NCBI GenBank assembly: GCA_002633005.1
Contig: NMRA01000396.1
Location: forward strand, 1-64,000
Direction of reading: 5' to 3'
Source: Phoronis australis
Taxonomy: Eukaryota; Animalia; Phoronida
DNA: 64,000 nt
Shown piece by piece: positions 1-13,261 of the stretch. How positions within the stretch are numbered: position 1 is the first letter of the stretch; each line of letters begins with the position of its first letter. Below the pieces are notes generated by a model that did no database searches, was not told the DNA's origin, and worked only from the letters and a program-made list of their open reading frames with translations. A program made the position numbers and the translations under genes.

Positions 1-1318
1 TCTTCATTAAAATACAGGTTGACATCACTGTCAATTAGACTCAGTCTCAGCCTGGCATTTAAACTCAGCAACATCAAACAAAATCTTGGGAATTTCCCTG
101 AACTGAGATGTTTTTTGATAACATAAATGCCTTCACTGTGAATAACCTGAACATCATTCAGGATCATCAGGGGTTTAAATAGTATCAGACTATGGGCAGA
201 GATGAAGGCCACCCATTACCCAAAATAACATGCCCTAGTAGCCTCCCCCCTCCATTTTGTGGAAATTCTTGAGACTTGTGATAGACCTCAATTAACCCTG
301 TTCAAACTTTAGTTTTTTGCCTGGGTTGGTTCTTTTTCGTTTCCTTTGGTATCTCTAAATTACAATTTTAATGATTAAAATGGTTAATGTGCTGCTCAGT
401 AAGTGCCCTATAAGAATACAATCAACTTTCCTTCAAGTGACACATGCGATTCTTAGACATGTTTTGTAAGAGGTGAGAGGTCATAGCACAATACACTTTC
501 AGAGTGGACTATTATGTAACACAGGTCATAACGTCTTTTTCAAAAACATTGTGTTTCACCGTTCAACTTCTGCATGCCTTGTTGTGACGAGATATTTGTT
601 GAACAAAGTTCTTCATATTTTGCTGGGTAAGTTCATGTGGTTTTATTGTTCCACATTTGTAATTGTTTTTACAAGGCATCAGGTGTATTGATAATCTGTA
701 TTTAGACAAAACCGAAACCGTTGCAGTTGATTTTAGGTTTGTTCCCACAGTGTTCCGACTGTCAATGTTTGGTGTGTGTGTGTTGAACTAACTATACCAC
801 AGTGCTTCCAGTGGTTCGAAACTGGTAAAAAAATAACCACTTATCGGTTATGAAATTGTTTTCATTTGTTGTTCCTTAGTCAAGTTAAGGTGATTTCAGG
901 TCTTTGAAAAACCGACAGTTTGGTATTGCTTGAGATGTGGCCATGCAAGTTTGCTTGTCTTGGCGTGTCATTTTATACGCCATCGTCAGCGTTGTCTTAA
1001 CGAATAACGAACTGTCAGTTCTTTACAATCCACAAATCATTTCTCATCGGAGGAAGGAACAAGTCGAGACCAATTTTATAGCAATAAGTGGCCAAAGTCA
1101 AAAGTTTGCTTTTTTACCGAACATACAGATAGTCATGTGTTCAGAGAGTATTGTCTGTGTGGGAAATACATATTTGGGGTTCCACTCATATTCCGACATT
1201 CAACACAATAACTATGCCCTGAAATTTCCAAATTTTCATTCACTAATAAACCTCTATCAGCTCAGCCACGTCACCCAACTCCAATTTACACTATGGAGAC
1301 GCTCTTCGGGTACCAGTA

Positions 1319-1352
1319 TGTGTGTGTGTGTGTGTGCGTGCGTGCGTGTGTG
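1319..1352. repeat. (TG)n/(CGTG)n microsatellite
   Basis: tgtgtgtgtgtgtgtgtgcgtgcgtgcgtgtgtg read directly. Confidence 0.95.
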
Positions 1353-2374
1353 ATTTTCTGTCTTACAAGAATTTTAGCTCCCAATCATATGAAACTCACA
1401 TACTTTTTTTGGTAACACATATCGTAGTCAAATTAGCTCATTTTTACTGATTTTTGAATTTCTCAATTTACTCACCTTGTGCATTAACTGCGGAATAATG
1501 CGACTGCCAAAAGAGAAAACGACTGAAATTTGACAGCTTTATACTTATGTAGTATTCTACAACAGGACCTTCACTCATCTGAGGGGACAGGTCCTGTGCC
1601 TTGTAAGGTACATGTAGTTTGGTTGAATTGTACCCCCCTCCCCACGTCGGGCCACCACCAATTCCACCCTTCGGTCGCCACTCCAAGTCGGCAATGCAGA
1701 AATAACTTGGAGTGAAATTTCATCACTGGAGGGGAATTTGTAGGCTTCATGATGAATATTGCACGTCATTATTGAATATTTTTCATCAAGGAATCAGGAG
1801 CCTTGTACAAAATGTTAATGTCAGGAAAGAAAACATGGCTACAACAGTTTTACCCCATTCACAAACTGGCAAAAGGCTACTAGACTAGCATTTTCTTTCT
1901 CACCACTCTTGTAAGCATATGGGTAGTTGTATGGCTCTCTGATACTGGTTTGACTATGAGTGACATGTGTGAATCTTTCTCTGAAATAGACACCAGCAAT
2001 GAGCACCATATGGATTTTGAGAATTGTGAGACTGCATCTTACCATAAATCTTTGACTGGGTTCATGCTATCTGTTTTTTACCAACATGGCAAATTAGCAG
2101 CACATGTTCAAGTCCCCTGCTTTAATGGACGTAAATTTAGTAGGGATAAGGTTTGTTTATCATCCGTGTCTAAAAGGTCTTTTGGTAATTGAAGAAGGGC
2201 TGTCGAGACTTGTTGTACTTTAAGGGTCTATCCCAGTTCACTGGTTTAGAATTTTTCCTCATTGACTAAAATTTCATAATATATAATCCATCAGCAAATC
2301 GTAGGTAACTTCCTCCTTGAAAGTCTCGTTACAAAAAATAATTGCAAACATAATTGCTGGCAGCCTGGTATACG

Positions 2375-2588
2375 CGGTATCAGACATGCGGTATCAGACA
2401 TACGCAGGCTGCTCAAGTAGGCCCATTGCACTGATCACCTGGAAAGATTTTTATGCTTTATTATTATGTATATAGAATGAGCTGAGGAGCTAGAGACCTT
2501 ACATCAGGGTCTGTCAGTGTGCCTCAGTGGGACTGGAACTCACGATCTTAGTAAAGGAAGCAGGCACTTATCCCAATAGGCCACACTG
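2375..2588 (-). mobile_element. tRNA-derived SINE, copy 1
   Basis: About 210 bp shared with 55245-55450 (e.g. ctgatcacctggaaa, ttatgctttatta, gagctgaggagctaga). The minus-strand head has A-box-like TGGCCTATTGG and B-box-like GAGTTCCAGTCC. Confidence 0.7.
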
Positions 2589-5500
2589 TCTCGTTCTAAA
2601 GTCACATGTACTGGAAAATGTCACTGAAAATAACCGTCAAAATTGCCCTTGTCATTTTCAAGGCTTCTTACATTATTGTGAATGCCACCTATGATATTGT
2701 TTGATGCAAAACATGGTGTTTAAAGCAGTACAGTTCTCCTATGAGAAAATGAGCAAATACTGTTTTAGTGCTGTGCCACTCTGTGTTCTCCATATTACTC
2801 AAACTTATAGATGTCTGTTGAGTATGTCTGAAATGAATTTGTGCTGTCTGCATCTCTAACTTTGCAGGCTTTTTAGTTTTTGGTGAAATAGTTTATTGAC
2901 TGAAACTGATAGACTCCAGGAAATATTTTTGAAGACTGTTATTTCAAAGTGCTTTCAAACTTGAATGCAAATTTTTGTGTTTGTCTTCGTTTAATATGAA
3001 AGTTGAGTCTGACTTGGGGGAGGGGTGTAAATTTTACAAGATCGAGGTTACTCAACTGGTCATAATATGCCACAAGCCTTGCCTTGTCACAACACTTTAG
3101 TTGTATCTGTCCCTAAACATTTAGGGTACTGGAAAGTTTAAGGAGTGTCAAATAACTATTAATAAGCCACCTGCCTGAGTTTCCTAACTTAGCAAAAAAG
3201 TGAATAGAGTGTTATTTATTTCATAAACTTGCACAAGGTCTATACACCTGCAGCTGGAAAACCAGCACCAGGTCTTACAAACCTCAGGTGGATGTAAGAA
3301 TCTTACAAAGGATGTCAGTGTGATCACAGGCTTTGCATGCAATACATGGTGATATCTTGTGTGATGTTGTGCTTTGAAAAGGTTTTCACATCTTCAGAAC
3401 ACAGGGTTAGCAACATGACAACAAGGGAAATGGCACGGTACAAAAATCCGCTTTCTTTCTGTTCTCGCTGAAATTCTGTTTTGCCAACGTTGTTCAAACC
3501 CTTCAGAATTGGGTTGCTTCTCATTATATATTTGCAGATGTTCTTATGATTACTTTTTTGTCAGCCTAAGCCAACATTTTTATCAGGGAGCAAGGAAAAC
3601 TTTATAAGTTATTTGTTAAGAGATAACCAGCCTATTTCACGGATATGTTTGCATTGTAAAGAATTTACTATTTAAATCATCTCAAATTTTTATATAATCA
3701 TGTAGCATTCATGGGACAGAGTATTTTCAGCAGCTTGCTGCAATCTTCCCCATCTGTAGCAGTAGGCAAACATGGAATAATGACTCCACAGCATCAGAAA
3801 ATTAGGTCTGGCAGTCTCTTCTGATGGCAGACTTTCCCTTTGATACTGATATTGTAATGACCTGGTAGTAGAGGAGATACCCTGGTTTTGTTGTCTGGTA
3901 CCACTGCAAAGCTTGGTTGATTGATTTTAGTGATTTTTATGAGAACAACTATGAGAATGGATTTTTTTTGTAAAACTTTCAATTTGTGACAAAAATAATT
4001 GCCAAAATCACTGTTTTTCAAAGCTTATTTCGTTGCTGTTGAAATTTATTTTGACGACTTATTGCCATACATACTATTGTATCAAGAAAGCAAAATGTCT
4101 GCGTTTCAAGTTATTTTTGGCAAAACTAAATTATACTTGCCGGCCCTTGTGCATCCTAGACTGAAGGTTTTTTCTGCAGATTGAGTTGTGTGGCCTATTA
4201 TACTATTTTATTTACACGCAAAATAGCAGATGCTGCAGATATGGGTGGCCTGACTTCTCAAACACCCAAGCTTCCTTCTGTCTTCCATAGAAAAATTCAT
4301 GTATGACGCAATTGTCGAGAAATGTTACAAGCACGACCCCTTTTGCAATCCTGGCAGGTAACCCTGTTGAGGTACAGTAAAGTCTCGTCAATTTTGGACA
4401 ATTTCTGCCAGAAATGTCTTTTTATTCATTTTTCTTACAATGTTTGAATGCTCTCATTTGTTGACAGATTGTCTGGTGGTATCTGTATTACAGAACTTGA
4501 ATATGATTGAAAAAGCATCATTTTGGTGCTATATATCTTTTATAATGGAAAATAGGAAAATAGGAAAATAAAATTTTACTTATGGGTTGTGTTATCAACT
4601 GGTGACATTTTAGCAATCGTCATTTTGTAGGGGTCCTGGAATTTGAGAACCAGTGCAGAAAACCAGTCCTCAAAATGCAGAATCCCTGAGTGACAAAATT
4701 TTAGAGTAATATAAGAATATTGGTTGCCAGTATTTAGGGATGTTGTCAGTTCAGTCATCTGGTCATTACCTTGGCACTTCCTTGTTTTTCCAACTCATTG
4801 CCTTTTGGTTTGTATTTTGTCTGGTTTGCTATGCTGTGGTAATCACAATTGGTTCTTGTCAAATCCCCCAAGATCTCAACTTTCCAGGTTGGCATGTTTA
4901 CTATCAAATCTGAGGTTATTTCTTGGCTGTCAGGGGTCATGCTGGCTCTATCAAATGCTCAAGTGTTGCTGCTGGACTGCACTAATGTGTATCACATGTT
5001 ATGAGATAATAATAAATTGAGGTTGTATATTGCTCCTCAGTACTTCAAACCCCAACAAACATTTGCTCCTGTTTACTCTGCCTGAACCTTTGTTGTCTGT
5101 TGGCTTCAGGCTTCAAGTCTGGCTTTGTATTTAGAATGAGGAAGATCTGGTCTGGTTATGTTAACTCAGTTGGAGGCAATGAACCTTGAGCTAGTCCAAT
5201 ATTGTCTGGAGTCCAACAGTACTTTCCTTATGTTTGAGGAAGTGCAGTTATTTCTTCACCTCAAACATTTGTTGTATGGTTCTCATTGTAATATACCCTC
5301 ACCTGTGTGGGATTTTAATGTTGAAATATTTATCAAATTTTGAAGTCATAAGCGTAAATTCTTCGAAATGATTTGTCAATAGTACAAATCTACTGACCTC
5401 TAAGGGTGTGGGTGGGTGTTACATTTTCATTTTCTGAATTTTCCATTTGTGCACCGTGTCTTCTGGCTAAAAATTTGCATGAATTCCCGACAGGTGCTCC

Positions 5501-5695
5501 TTATTCATGAGACTTGTCGGCCCTTCACAAGTGAAGACTTTTTATCACAATCTTATTAAGGAAATAGAATTGGTTGGTATTGAAATCCATTGATGGCGTG
5601 CGACAATTTCCTTGAATATTTGTAGTAATAAATCTTCAGTTCACCCAACATTGAGGACAAAGTGTGCAATGAATGGGTGGATGTTGGAGGAGCCT

Positions 5696-5851
5696 CAGTG
5701 CTGTAGTGGTAAAATTAGAGGTAAGTAGGTGCCCAAAGCCCACAATATCACCTTGATCACTGAACGTAACTTACAGTGCGTAGGTGCTACGTTCAGATGC
5801 CAAAAGGTGGTTGGCTGCGCCTACGTGTGCCTACGCCCCACTACAGCATTG
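5696..5851. mobile_element. small MITE (hAT-like termini)
   Basis: TIR CAGTGCTGTAGTGG ... CCACTACAGCATTG; non-coding; TSD only partly matching. Confidence 0.6.
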
Positions 5852-6261
5852 ACTAGCCTGCTGTTAATTTCTTCACCTATTGGGGATACAAGAGATACTT
5901 TACTTGATTAAATTCCCTAAGAAACATAAAGATTAAAAAAATTATTTACTCTATTCACTTAGTTTATACTGTACAGGTGTTACAAAACAACGCTTGGAAA
6001 CGTGTCTTTCATTTTTGGAACATAATCAGGCTTTGGAATTCAGAAAAATTACAATCCTATTAATTCCTTTTGTGCAGATTACGGGTTAGTAAAGAATTAC
6101 ATAATGTTATCTAAAGAATTACTTTATCTTAACCCACCATTTCAGTTTTGTTCATGATAGTTTCAGTTATAGTTGATAGGTGTCACTTTTGACTTTAAAT
6201 CTTGACTCAACTTTTACCTGTGGTGATGGTCTTTAGACCAAGTCTCTGGGGAGCAGTCATG

Positions 6262-6399
6262 GCATGCGCTCAGTAATGCTAGGACCTAGCTAAATTCTGG
6301 CCACAGTCATGCGTTCTCATTTAAAATGCACGGCAGTATATCTCACGTAATCTCCCGAAGTCTTGCTAGCGAGGCCCTAGCGTTACTGAAGGAGAGGCT
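6262..6399. mobile_element. ~140-bp MITE, copy 1
   Basis: TIR tcagtaatgctagg ... cctagcgttactga; second copy at 36082-36219. Confidence 0.7.
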
Positions 6400-6994
6400 G
6401 TCATTCTTTGCCTATGTAACACACTGTATGATGAAATTTTACTGCTATTAAGAAAATATTAGCCTATTAGTCTAGTTTGTAGCCAGTGGATGCCATAAGA
6501 CAAAATTCTGTTAAGTTTATATAATTTGCAGCAAATTAATCAGTCTCTGAAAAATGTAAAAATGAGAATGCTGGCAATTATTTGTGTACAAAATAAGTGG
6601 AGAGTCACTATAATTAACTCTGAAATATGTCTTCTAAGTTAACCACTGCATACATGCCAACCATTTTTGCTGTAACCATAGCAATTTTCGTAAAACACCA
6701 CAGCAAGCCATAGCGCTGATGAAAACAAAAGTGTCAAAATGCATTGCAAGTACCTACTTACCTATTAGAGGCTCTTACATCTAGTAACTTAGTGTAGTTA
6801 TACTCCTTGGTAACTCCTTTGGCCCTGTCGAGCAAGGCTCGTGATATGAGATTATATCGATAAAAGAGATTACCAGTAAAAGCCAAAGCGAAGGTTTGAA
6901 AACTTTATTACGAACATTGGCAAAGTGCGCATAAAAAACGAAAATACTGAGCATTTTGGCGCTACACCGTAGCTCTACAAAAAAGGTCAAAAAT

Positions 6995-7315
6995 ACGTCG
7001 TTGGTAGTCCTTCGGGTCCGAAGATAACGTAGGTTGTGTGTCTCATCGTCTATGTACACGAAGATGGCTCTGCAGTCCTAGTCTTGACGCGCAGAGTCGA
7101 GAACAGGCGGGGCATTGGAACTCCGTCGTGGTAACAGTGGTGGATGCTGCTGAGTGGCGTTTCTCTCGAGCAGCTTCGAGTCTTTTACAGCGGTCATCCT
7201 CAAAACTGGCAGTTGCTCGCCACTTTGGTCTCTCTCCTGCAACAGCTTTCAGCTCCTTGGGTTTGATGTTGCACCACTTCAGGTTTCTTTGACGGTGTCT
7301 TTGTAACGTAATTCC
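6995..7315 (-). mobile_element. RTE-clade LINE 3' fragment
   Basis: Translates with one frameshift as LRYKDTVK/RNLKWCNIKPKELKAVAGERPKWR...FQCPACSRLCASRLGLQSHLRVHRR*, the C-terminal C2H2 finger typical of RTE/BovB ORF2, followed by a short 3' tail. Confidence 0.85.
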
Positions 7316-7629
7316 CATGTTGGTTGACGTGTGTGGCAGTGCTTTGTATTCTTTGTTGTCATCACACAAATGGGCTTTCCTTTTTCAAGAGAACTAAGAT
7401 ACCCCTTACCACCCCTGTGTGAATTTAATGAGCCGTTCTGACTGGGGCCACAATCAATATCTATTGCAGTTATTAGCTCCAATCTTTCACATTTGACAGG
7501 GTAAGACAGCTGGAGACAGAACTGTTTACCACAAATCACCTTCTCTGCTGCTGACCACAAATTCACCTATTTACACAAAATTAGAATCTAGTCAGATTTT
7601 ACAACAGGACTGAAAAGCACATATTTCAT

Positions 7630-8010
7630 TCTCTGCAGTATGAGGGGAACTTCTCTGCAGTATGAGGGGAACCTCTGCAGTATGAGGGAGACCTCTCTGC
7701 AGTATGAGGGGACCTCTCTGCAGTGTGAGGGGAACCTCTCCGCAGTATGAGGGAACTTCTCTGCAGTATGAGGGGACCTCTCTGCATTGTGAGGGGAACC
7801 TCTTTGCAGTATGAGGGGAACCTCTCTCCAGTATGAGGGGATCTTTTGTAGAATGAGGGGAACCTCTGCAGTATGAGGAGAACCTCTGCAGTATGAGGGG
7901 ACCTCTCTGCAGTATGAGGGGAACCTCTGTGCCGTATGAGGGGACCTCTACGGTATGAGGGGAACCTCTCTGCAGCATGAGGGGAACCTCTCTGTAGTAT
8001 GAGGGGAACC
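7630..8010. repeat. minisatellite, ~20-23 bp unit (ctctgcagtatgaggggaac), ~17 units
   Basis: Head-to-tail variants with no unique spacers. Confidence 0.95.
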
Positions 8011-10500
8011 TCGTAAACTGGAAAGTTAGTGCAGCCCTCCATGTTGACTGCTTTTGTAGATGGACACAAAAGTGTAGGAAGGTGATGCTGTGGTCATCAA
8101 AGTAATTATAATAACAGTGGTCCCTGCTAATAATTTTGACAAGACCAAAGTTGACCGGCAAGCTAACGGACACTGTTAATTTTGATCCTTTCTTTCTAAA
8201 TGACTTCATAATGATGTTTTATAAGTTAATGACATAGTTCATTGAAATAAATATTTCAGTCCTATGATAGGCCTAATGACTTTTTCACTTAGTAGTTATG
8301 TTAAATAGTTTTGAATTTTTTAAGGCACTGTCCAAAACATGGCATTCTTGGAGGCTTTAGTAATTTTGAAAATTGCTTGTAAGCCAGATCCACTAAGTTT
8401 GGCTCAAATTACATCGACTCGTATGATTTTACAAGTCGCAATTATCGAGCCCAGTTCACAATTCTTGACCCAGCTGTCGTTTTGTCAAACCTTGCTGTTC
8501 AAGGTTTTATTTTATTAAGAAATATTCTTAAAGTGGTCATGCAATATCTGGGGTTGCTATCGAATATGTACAAAGTCCTTGAACCTCTCTTATCATATCT
8601 GTTGCAAAGCGAATCAAAAACCAGATTATATGAGCAGGATTCAAATTCAGACTGAGGTTGACCCCAATTGTCCATCTTTAATCTTGACCTCCCGTGTTGG
8701 TGTTTAAGTTCCTGCTTGATTATAAAGGTTTATGCATACCTGTACTGTGCGGGTATGAAGGTAGCACATAGTACCTTCTTGTTGAATAGTAGAGACAGGA
8801 TGTTTTATACTGTTGATAATGGATTCTTCAAATGCTCAGTTGGATTTTGATGCTGTGGCAGATATCGGTGCAGCAGAGGTGTGCAGAGGTGATGCAGGTT
8901 CTATTCTTGTCTTCAGAGTATCAATATGATCATTATATTTCTTTGGAAACTACATAATACTGAAAGTTAATTGCTCTCGTATTTCTGTAACATAATGACT
9001 TCAATAATTCTTCTTGTTTACCCACAGTTGTTTTCGGCAATTTGCCAATAACTGTTTTGTTTTAACTGGCATTGTTATTACTGTGTTCAAAACTGTTTCC
9101 TCAACTGAAATCAACAAACATATTAAACATCAGTTTAGATTCTAATGCCATCTTCTGGATCCGCCTATTGACAGGAATTTAAGTGGCATATTCATAGACG
9201 TAATATAAATAGCTTTTCTATATTCAGAATTAATACCCTGCTAAGAATTTTTTCCTCTTGTGCTAAATGTAGATTGTGATAAACTAACTTGGTCTTGTGG
9301 GCCAGCTGACAGTTTGAGTTGGTTATTTGAACAGTTCGGCAATGTCTATGTAATGCTCTGGTGTTACTGAGCTCTTGACTTCTTAACACCGCTGACTCGT
9401 AAGTATACTTTCGGTAAATTTTGGTCATAGTATCATGGAGAATAAAATTCCACTTTGAGAAATATCTCACCAAATTTATTTATCCCAAGTTGAAGGTTTT
9501 CTTTTTTGTTTTCATTGTTTGCAGTATACAAATGTCTCTGCAGAGGACAATTGCTACAGGTCAAAATGATCAGTTAAGTTTGAATTGAAGTCATAGGCTT
9601 GTTGTTTTAAAATTTTAAAACTCACAGCTCAGAAAGCGTGACAAAGCGGTAGTCATGCTTTCAGGGTTCCAAATAAGTTGCAGTAGATGTTGAGAAAGAG
9701 AAATGGAAAAGTTTTGCATATTCAAATTGTTTTTGAAGAGATATTGTTGGAGACATAGCTGTTATAGAACTAAAAGACAAAGGGAGCCAGGGACGTCAAT
9801 TTGTATGGTGCGAAAATTATTCCCCCCCTTATGTACGCAATTGCACAAGTGCTGCAGATTTGTGTTCTGGTATATTGTGAAATACAAATCCTAAGGATTA
9901 ACGTATGTTTGGATAAACTGAAGGTTAGCATGGCTGATCATGTGTCTGAGTTGTAATAGCATGCAGATTGGCCAAAATAATTTAATGGGTAAAGGTAAAG
10001 AAACATTAGTGACCTCGGTCATCTAAAGTGACCCACTAGTCCACTGTACCTCATGCTTTGCCTGCTGTGAGAACCTATCTGCCTAATGAAGCAAGATAAC
10101 ACTTAGTCTAAGTAAACCAAAACATAATATGACTTGGCTAATGTTCTCCCGAATTCATGGGATACTAGACATTTCACAGGGACATTTCAAGCTGATAGCA
10201 ATGGATATCTGACTGAAATAAAGGATATTTTTTGTTACAATTTCTGTCCAACTTTGTGGTTGTATGTTTATTTGTGAAGATGCCTATTGTAGTATATAAG
10301 AAGGTCACTTACTTAAGAGACCAGGTGGAAACGTCTGAAAACAACCTACCACGTCTCTTAATAAGTGACCATCTACAATGCCTCAAGAGACCAATGACGA
10401 ACCTATTCTCCAGAAAGATGCATATTGCTTTGGAGAAGCAAATGGCAATGGACAAACTTCTGAAAACATAGTTGCAAAATATTTTATTTTAATTTTTCAG

Positions 10501-10653
10501 TGAGCAACCATGGCGACGAGCAGCGTAAGGCTGTGATAAAGGAAAAAGTGCATCTTATTGGAAGACTTCGTAAAAGTTCACACGACCGCACTCGTATTGG
10601 ATCGCCAAAAATCCGGGAATCGTTTACGGCGGAAGATATCGACTTATTTAACA
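10501..10653 (+). CDS. candidate internal coding exon of an unidentified gene (153 nt, phase 1-1)
   Basis: Strong acceptor ttttaatttttcag, donor ca|gtaaga, open frame xSNHGDEQRKAVIKEKVHLIGRLRKSSHDRTRIGSPKIRESFTAEDIDLFN, CpG-rich relative to flanks. No homology recognised. Confidence 0.4.
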
Positions 10654-11559
10654 GTAAGATAATTGTTACTTTTTTGTGCAAATCTCATATTGTGTGGTTT
10701 GTTGTGACAGTATTGGAACGTGGACATATTTAGGCTAATATGCTCCTTGAAGTCACAGTTCAACTAAAGGTATTAAAGCAAAACTATGTAGGGACTTTAC
10801 TGACAAGTTTGCGTATTGACTCACTGCAAATATCTACAAAGCTATACTCAGTAAATGTATATGCTCTCTGAAAATAGAAAGCCTGTAGAATTTGATTTTT
10901 GATTTTTTTGTCAATCTATCATCAATTAAGTCAAGTGACCATGACTTTTTAGTAAAATTTAGAAAAATAGAAACAAGAGCTTTTAAATGGAAACAATGAT
11001 AAGGACCACATGATCAAATTATATTTGATATAAATGAGATCTCAGAAGTTAATGTTACAAGTTTTGAAAATACTTTGTTTTCGTGGTATGCATGACTTAA
11101 TTGTTTTAAAAATCCCATTTTTGATAATCTTTTATGCAAAAGTAGGACATTTTAAAAACAATCCCAAGTGTTTTTTGCAGAACAGAGCATAAATTAACAT
11201 AGTATCTCATTCTGGAAATTTCATCCGAATGCGATCTTCCATTCTTAGATGTGATGTTCTGGAGTTAACCAAATTTCGTCATTTCTTTAAGTTAAACTTC
11301 CTGCATAACCTTGGGTGCACTTGAGTAAGGAACATGAATTTACCAAAATAACTTTAGAATGAAACTTGACTTATCTGTAACCAAATGTTGGTGTCGGCGA
11401 CTATATTCAAGAATTAAACCGGAACTGTTTTAATGAAGAGTACAAATATTGGACACAGTCAGTAAAATGTCACCAATTTCAGACAAAAACAATTGTCAAA
11501 AGCGGTCTTTTTTCTTTTTTCAAAGGTTTCTAACATCGTTCTGAATGCGCACATTTGTT

Positions 11560-11690
11560 TCATAAACATTGCGTGTGGTAAAAAGACTCCTATAAAGAAG
11601 TGCTACATATCATTTATGAACATACGGTTTCACTTGTCAGTCCTATTGTGTCCTCAACTGGTGAGATTTTACGGTACACCATAGATCTTT
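11560..11690 (+). repeat. dispersed repeat, inverted relative of 16008-16190
   Basis: tttcacttgtcagtcctattgtgtcctcaactggtgagattt matches the reverse complement of about 16014-16056 (tttcacttgtcggtcatattacgtcttaaattagtaagattt). Confidence 0.55.
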
Positions 11691-12755
11691 TCTGTGACTT
11701 CAAGTGAAGAATTAAAAGGTTCATGTGTAACATAGATAAAACGTCATTCATTTGACAAAACACGTTATTTAAGATCTAGTCCATGATAGGCCTTGATGCA
11801 CATATAACAACTGTGAGCCTTCCTTAAGTTAAAATGGGAAGGCAAAGGATATACAAATGTCTTGTGATACTTATTTTGGTTTAGTGTTTAAAGTCTTCAT
11901 TAATGATCTATCAGTAAGTGCTGTCCTATGTATAGAGTAAGAGAGATAGTAAGTACTTCCTCATTCTATCATGTGAGCAAAATACCAGTAGGGTTTTATT
12001 ACTAACAGATGCTGATGAGATTAAACTACCACAGAATGCCTGTCTCTGTGCCCTCACTGGTACAGTTGTATCTGTTCCGGTTACAGCGCCATGTGGATAA
12101 ATGCCTAAAAACTGTGATTTTCAAAAAATTCACTTTGGAAACACCCAATGTTTGGCTTGATGCTGGCCCTTAATATACTTCATCAAGACTTTTGATTATT
12201 ATTAAGTACCATTTTCTGTCTTTATTGACCGCTCAGTTTCATCCACCAATGCTCGCAGTTTGGTTGAACAAATAGTGCATATTGCCCATTCTGACTTTGC
12301 TTGTTTTTATTGGATTCTCGCTGGTGAAATGTGTAACACCAATACACATCCGTGGACTTTACATGGAATCAGGGGTCATGTAAACCCCACACTAATCATG
12401 CCACTTACAAGGAAAACAGCATTTCTAAAGATATGGGAGAATTTTCACCGATGTTCCTTCGCCCTTGTTCTGAGAGGCTTACACCTGGATCAAAGAGAGC
12501 ACGGCGTTAGTGTCGGGCGCAGTTGTGATGACTGCATTTTCAGTGCGAGCAAGATCCAATTAAGTGTAATTCCCACCCATAAATTATAGTAAACAACTCT
12601 AAATGTACATACTGGTAAATTTCAAAATCCATAAACCTATAATTTTTTGTTAAAAATAAACATTACGGCCATATTCGACAGTAAAAAACAACATACCAGG
12701 TAATGTGGTTTTTGATTTTTATATATCGGTGAACTAATAGGCTAAAAACTACTAA

Positions 12756-13261
12756 AGGGCCTTTCATACTAACGTCGACGCGTCGATGGTTTGGGGAGTT
12801 GCGGTCAGTATGAACGCTTAACTCCGGTCCTGGATCGCAGTTAAGAGCTCCAGTTAACATCGCAGTTAATAGGTGGATTTAAGACCGCAGCGTCGACGCT
12901 GCGGTGCAGTATGAACGCTTAACTCCGGTCCAATCGAAGTTATCGCCAGGTGCCACTGTTATCATCAACAGTTACAGAGTAGTGCCGTCACTAATAACTA
13001 CTTATTTTTGGGTTTAATGATAACCAATCGATTTAAAAATGAGTTTTATGTCATTTAGCACATTTAAATGTTCCAAATTGTCACATTGAAAAAAATCTTA
13101 GCGTGCAGCGCTACCTTGCGATAACTTCGATGACGTCAGGGTCACCAACCCTTTACTTCGATGGTCATTAACTACCGAAGCCAGTATGAACGGTCCAGTT
13201 AACTGCGCTGTTAACGTCGACGCTCCGCTCAGACCGGAGTTAAGTCAATATGAAAGGGCCT
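12756..13261. mobile_element. PIF/Harbinger-type MITE
   Basis: TIR AGGGCCTTTCATA ... TATGAAAGGGCCT (12/13), TAA on both flanks, internal repeats cagtatgaacgcttaactccggtcc, CpG-rich (young). Confidence 0.8.

Noticed and set aside
937-1353. 138-aa ORF with hydrophobic N-terminus
   Set aside because: Runs through repeat-like sequence into a TG microsatellite; no recognisable domain.
1830-5340. Coding-like minus-strand stretches (1830-2270, 4560-5300)
   Set aside because: Multiple stops and no identifiable motif; probably ancient TE debris that cannot be classified by eye.
7592-8209. 205-aa and 147-aa ORFs with repetitive peptides; CRISPR-like appearance
   Set aside because: Translations of a 20-23 bp minisatellite; units are contiguous with no unique spacers and no cas genes.
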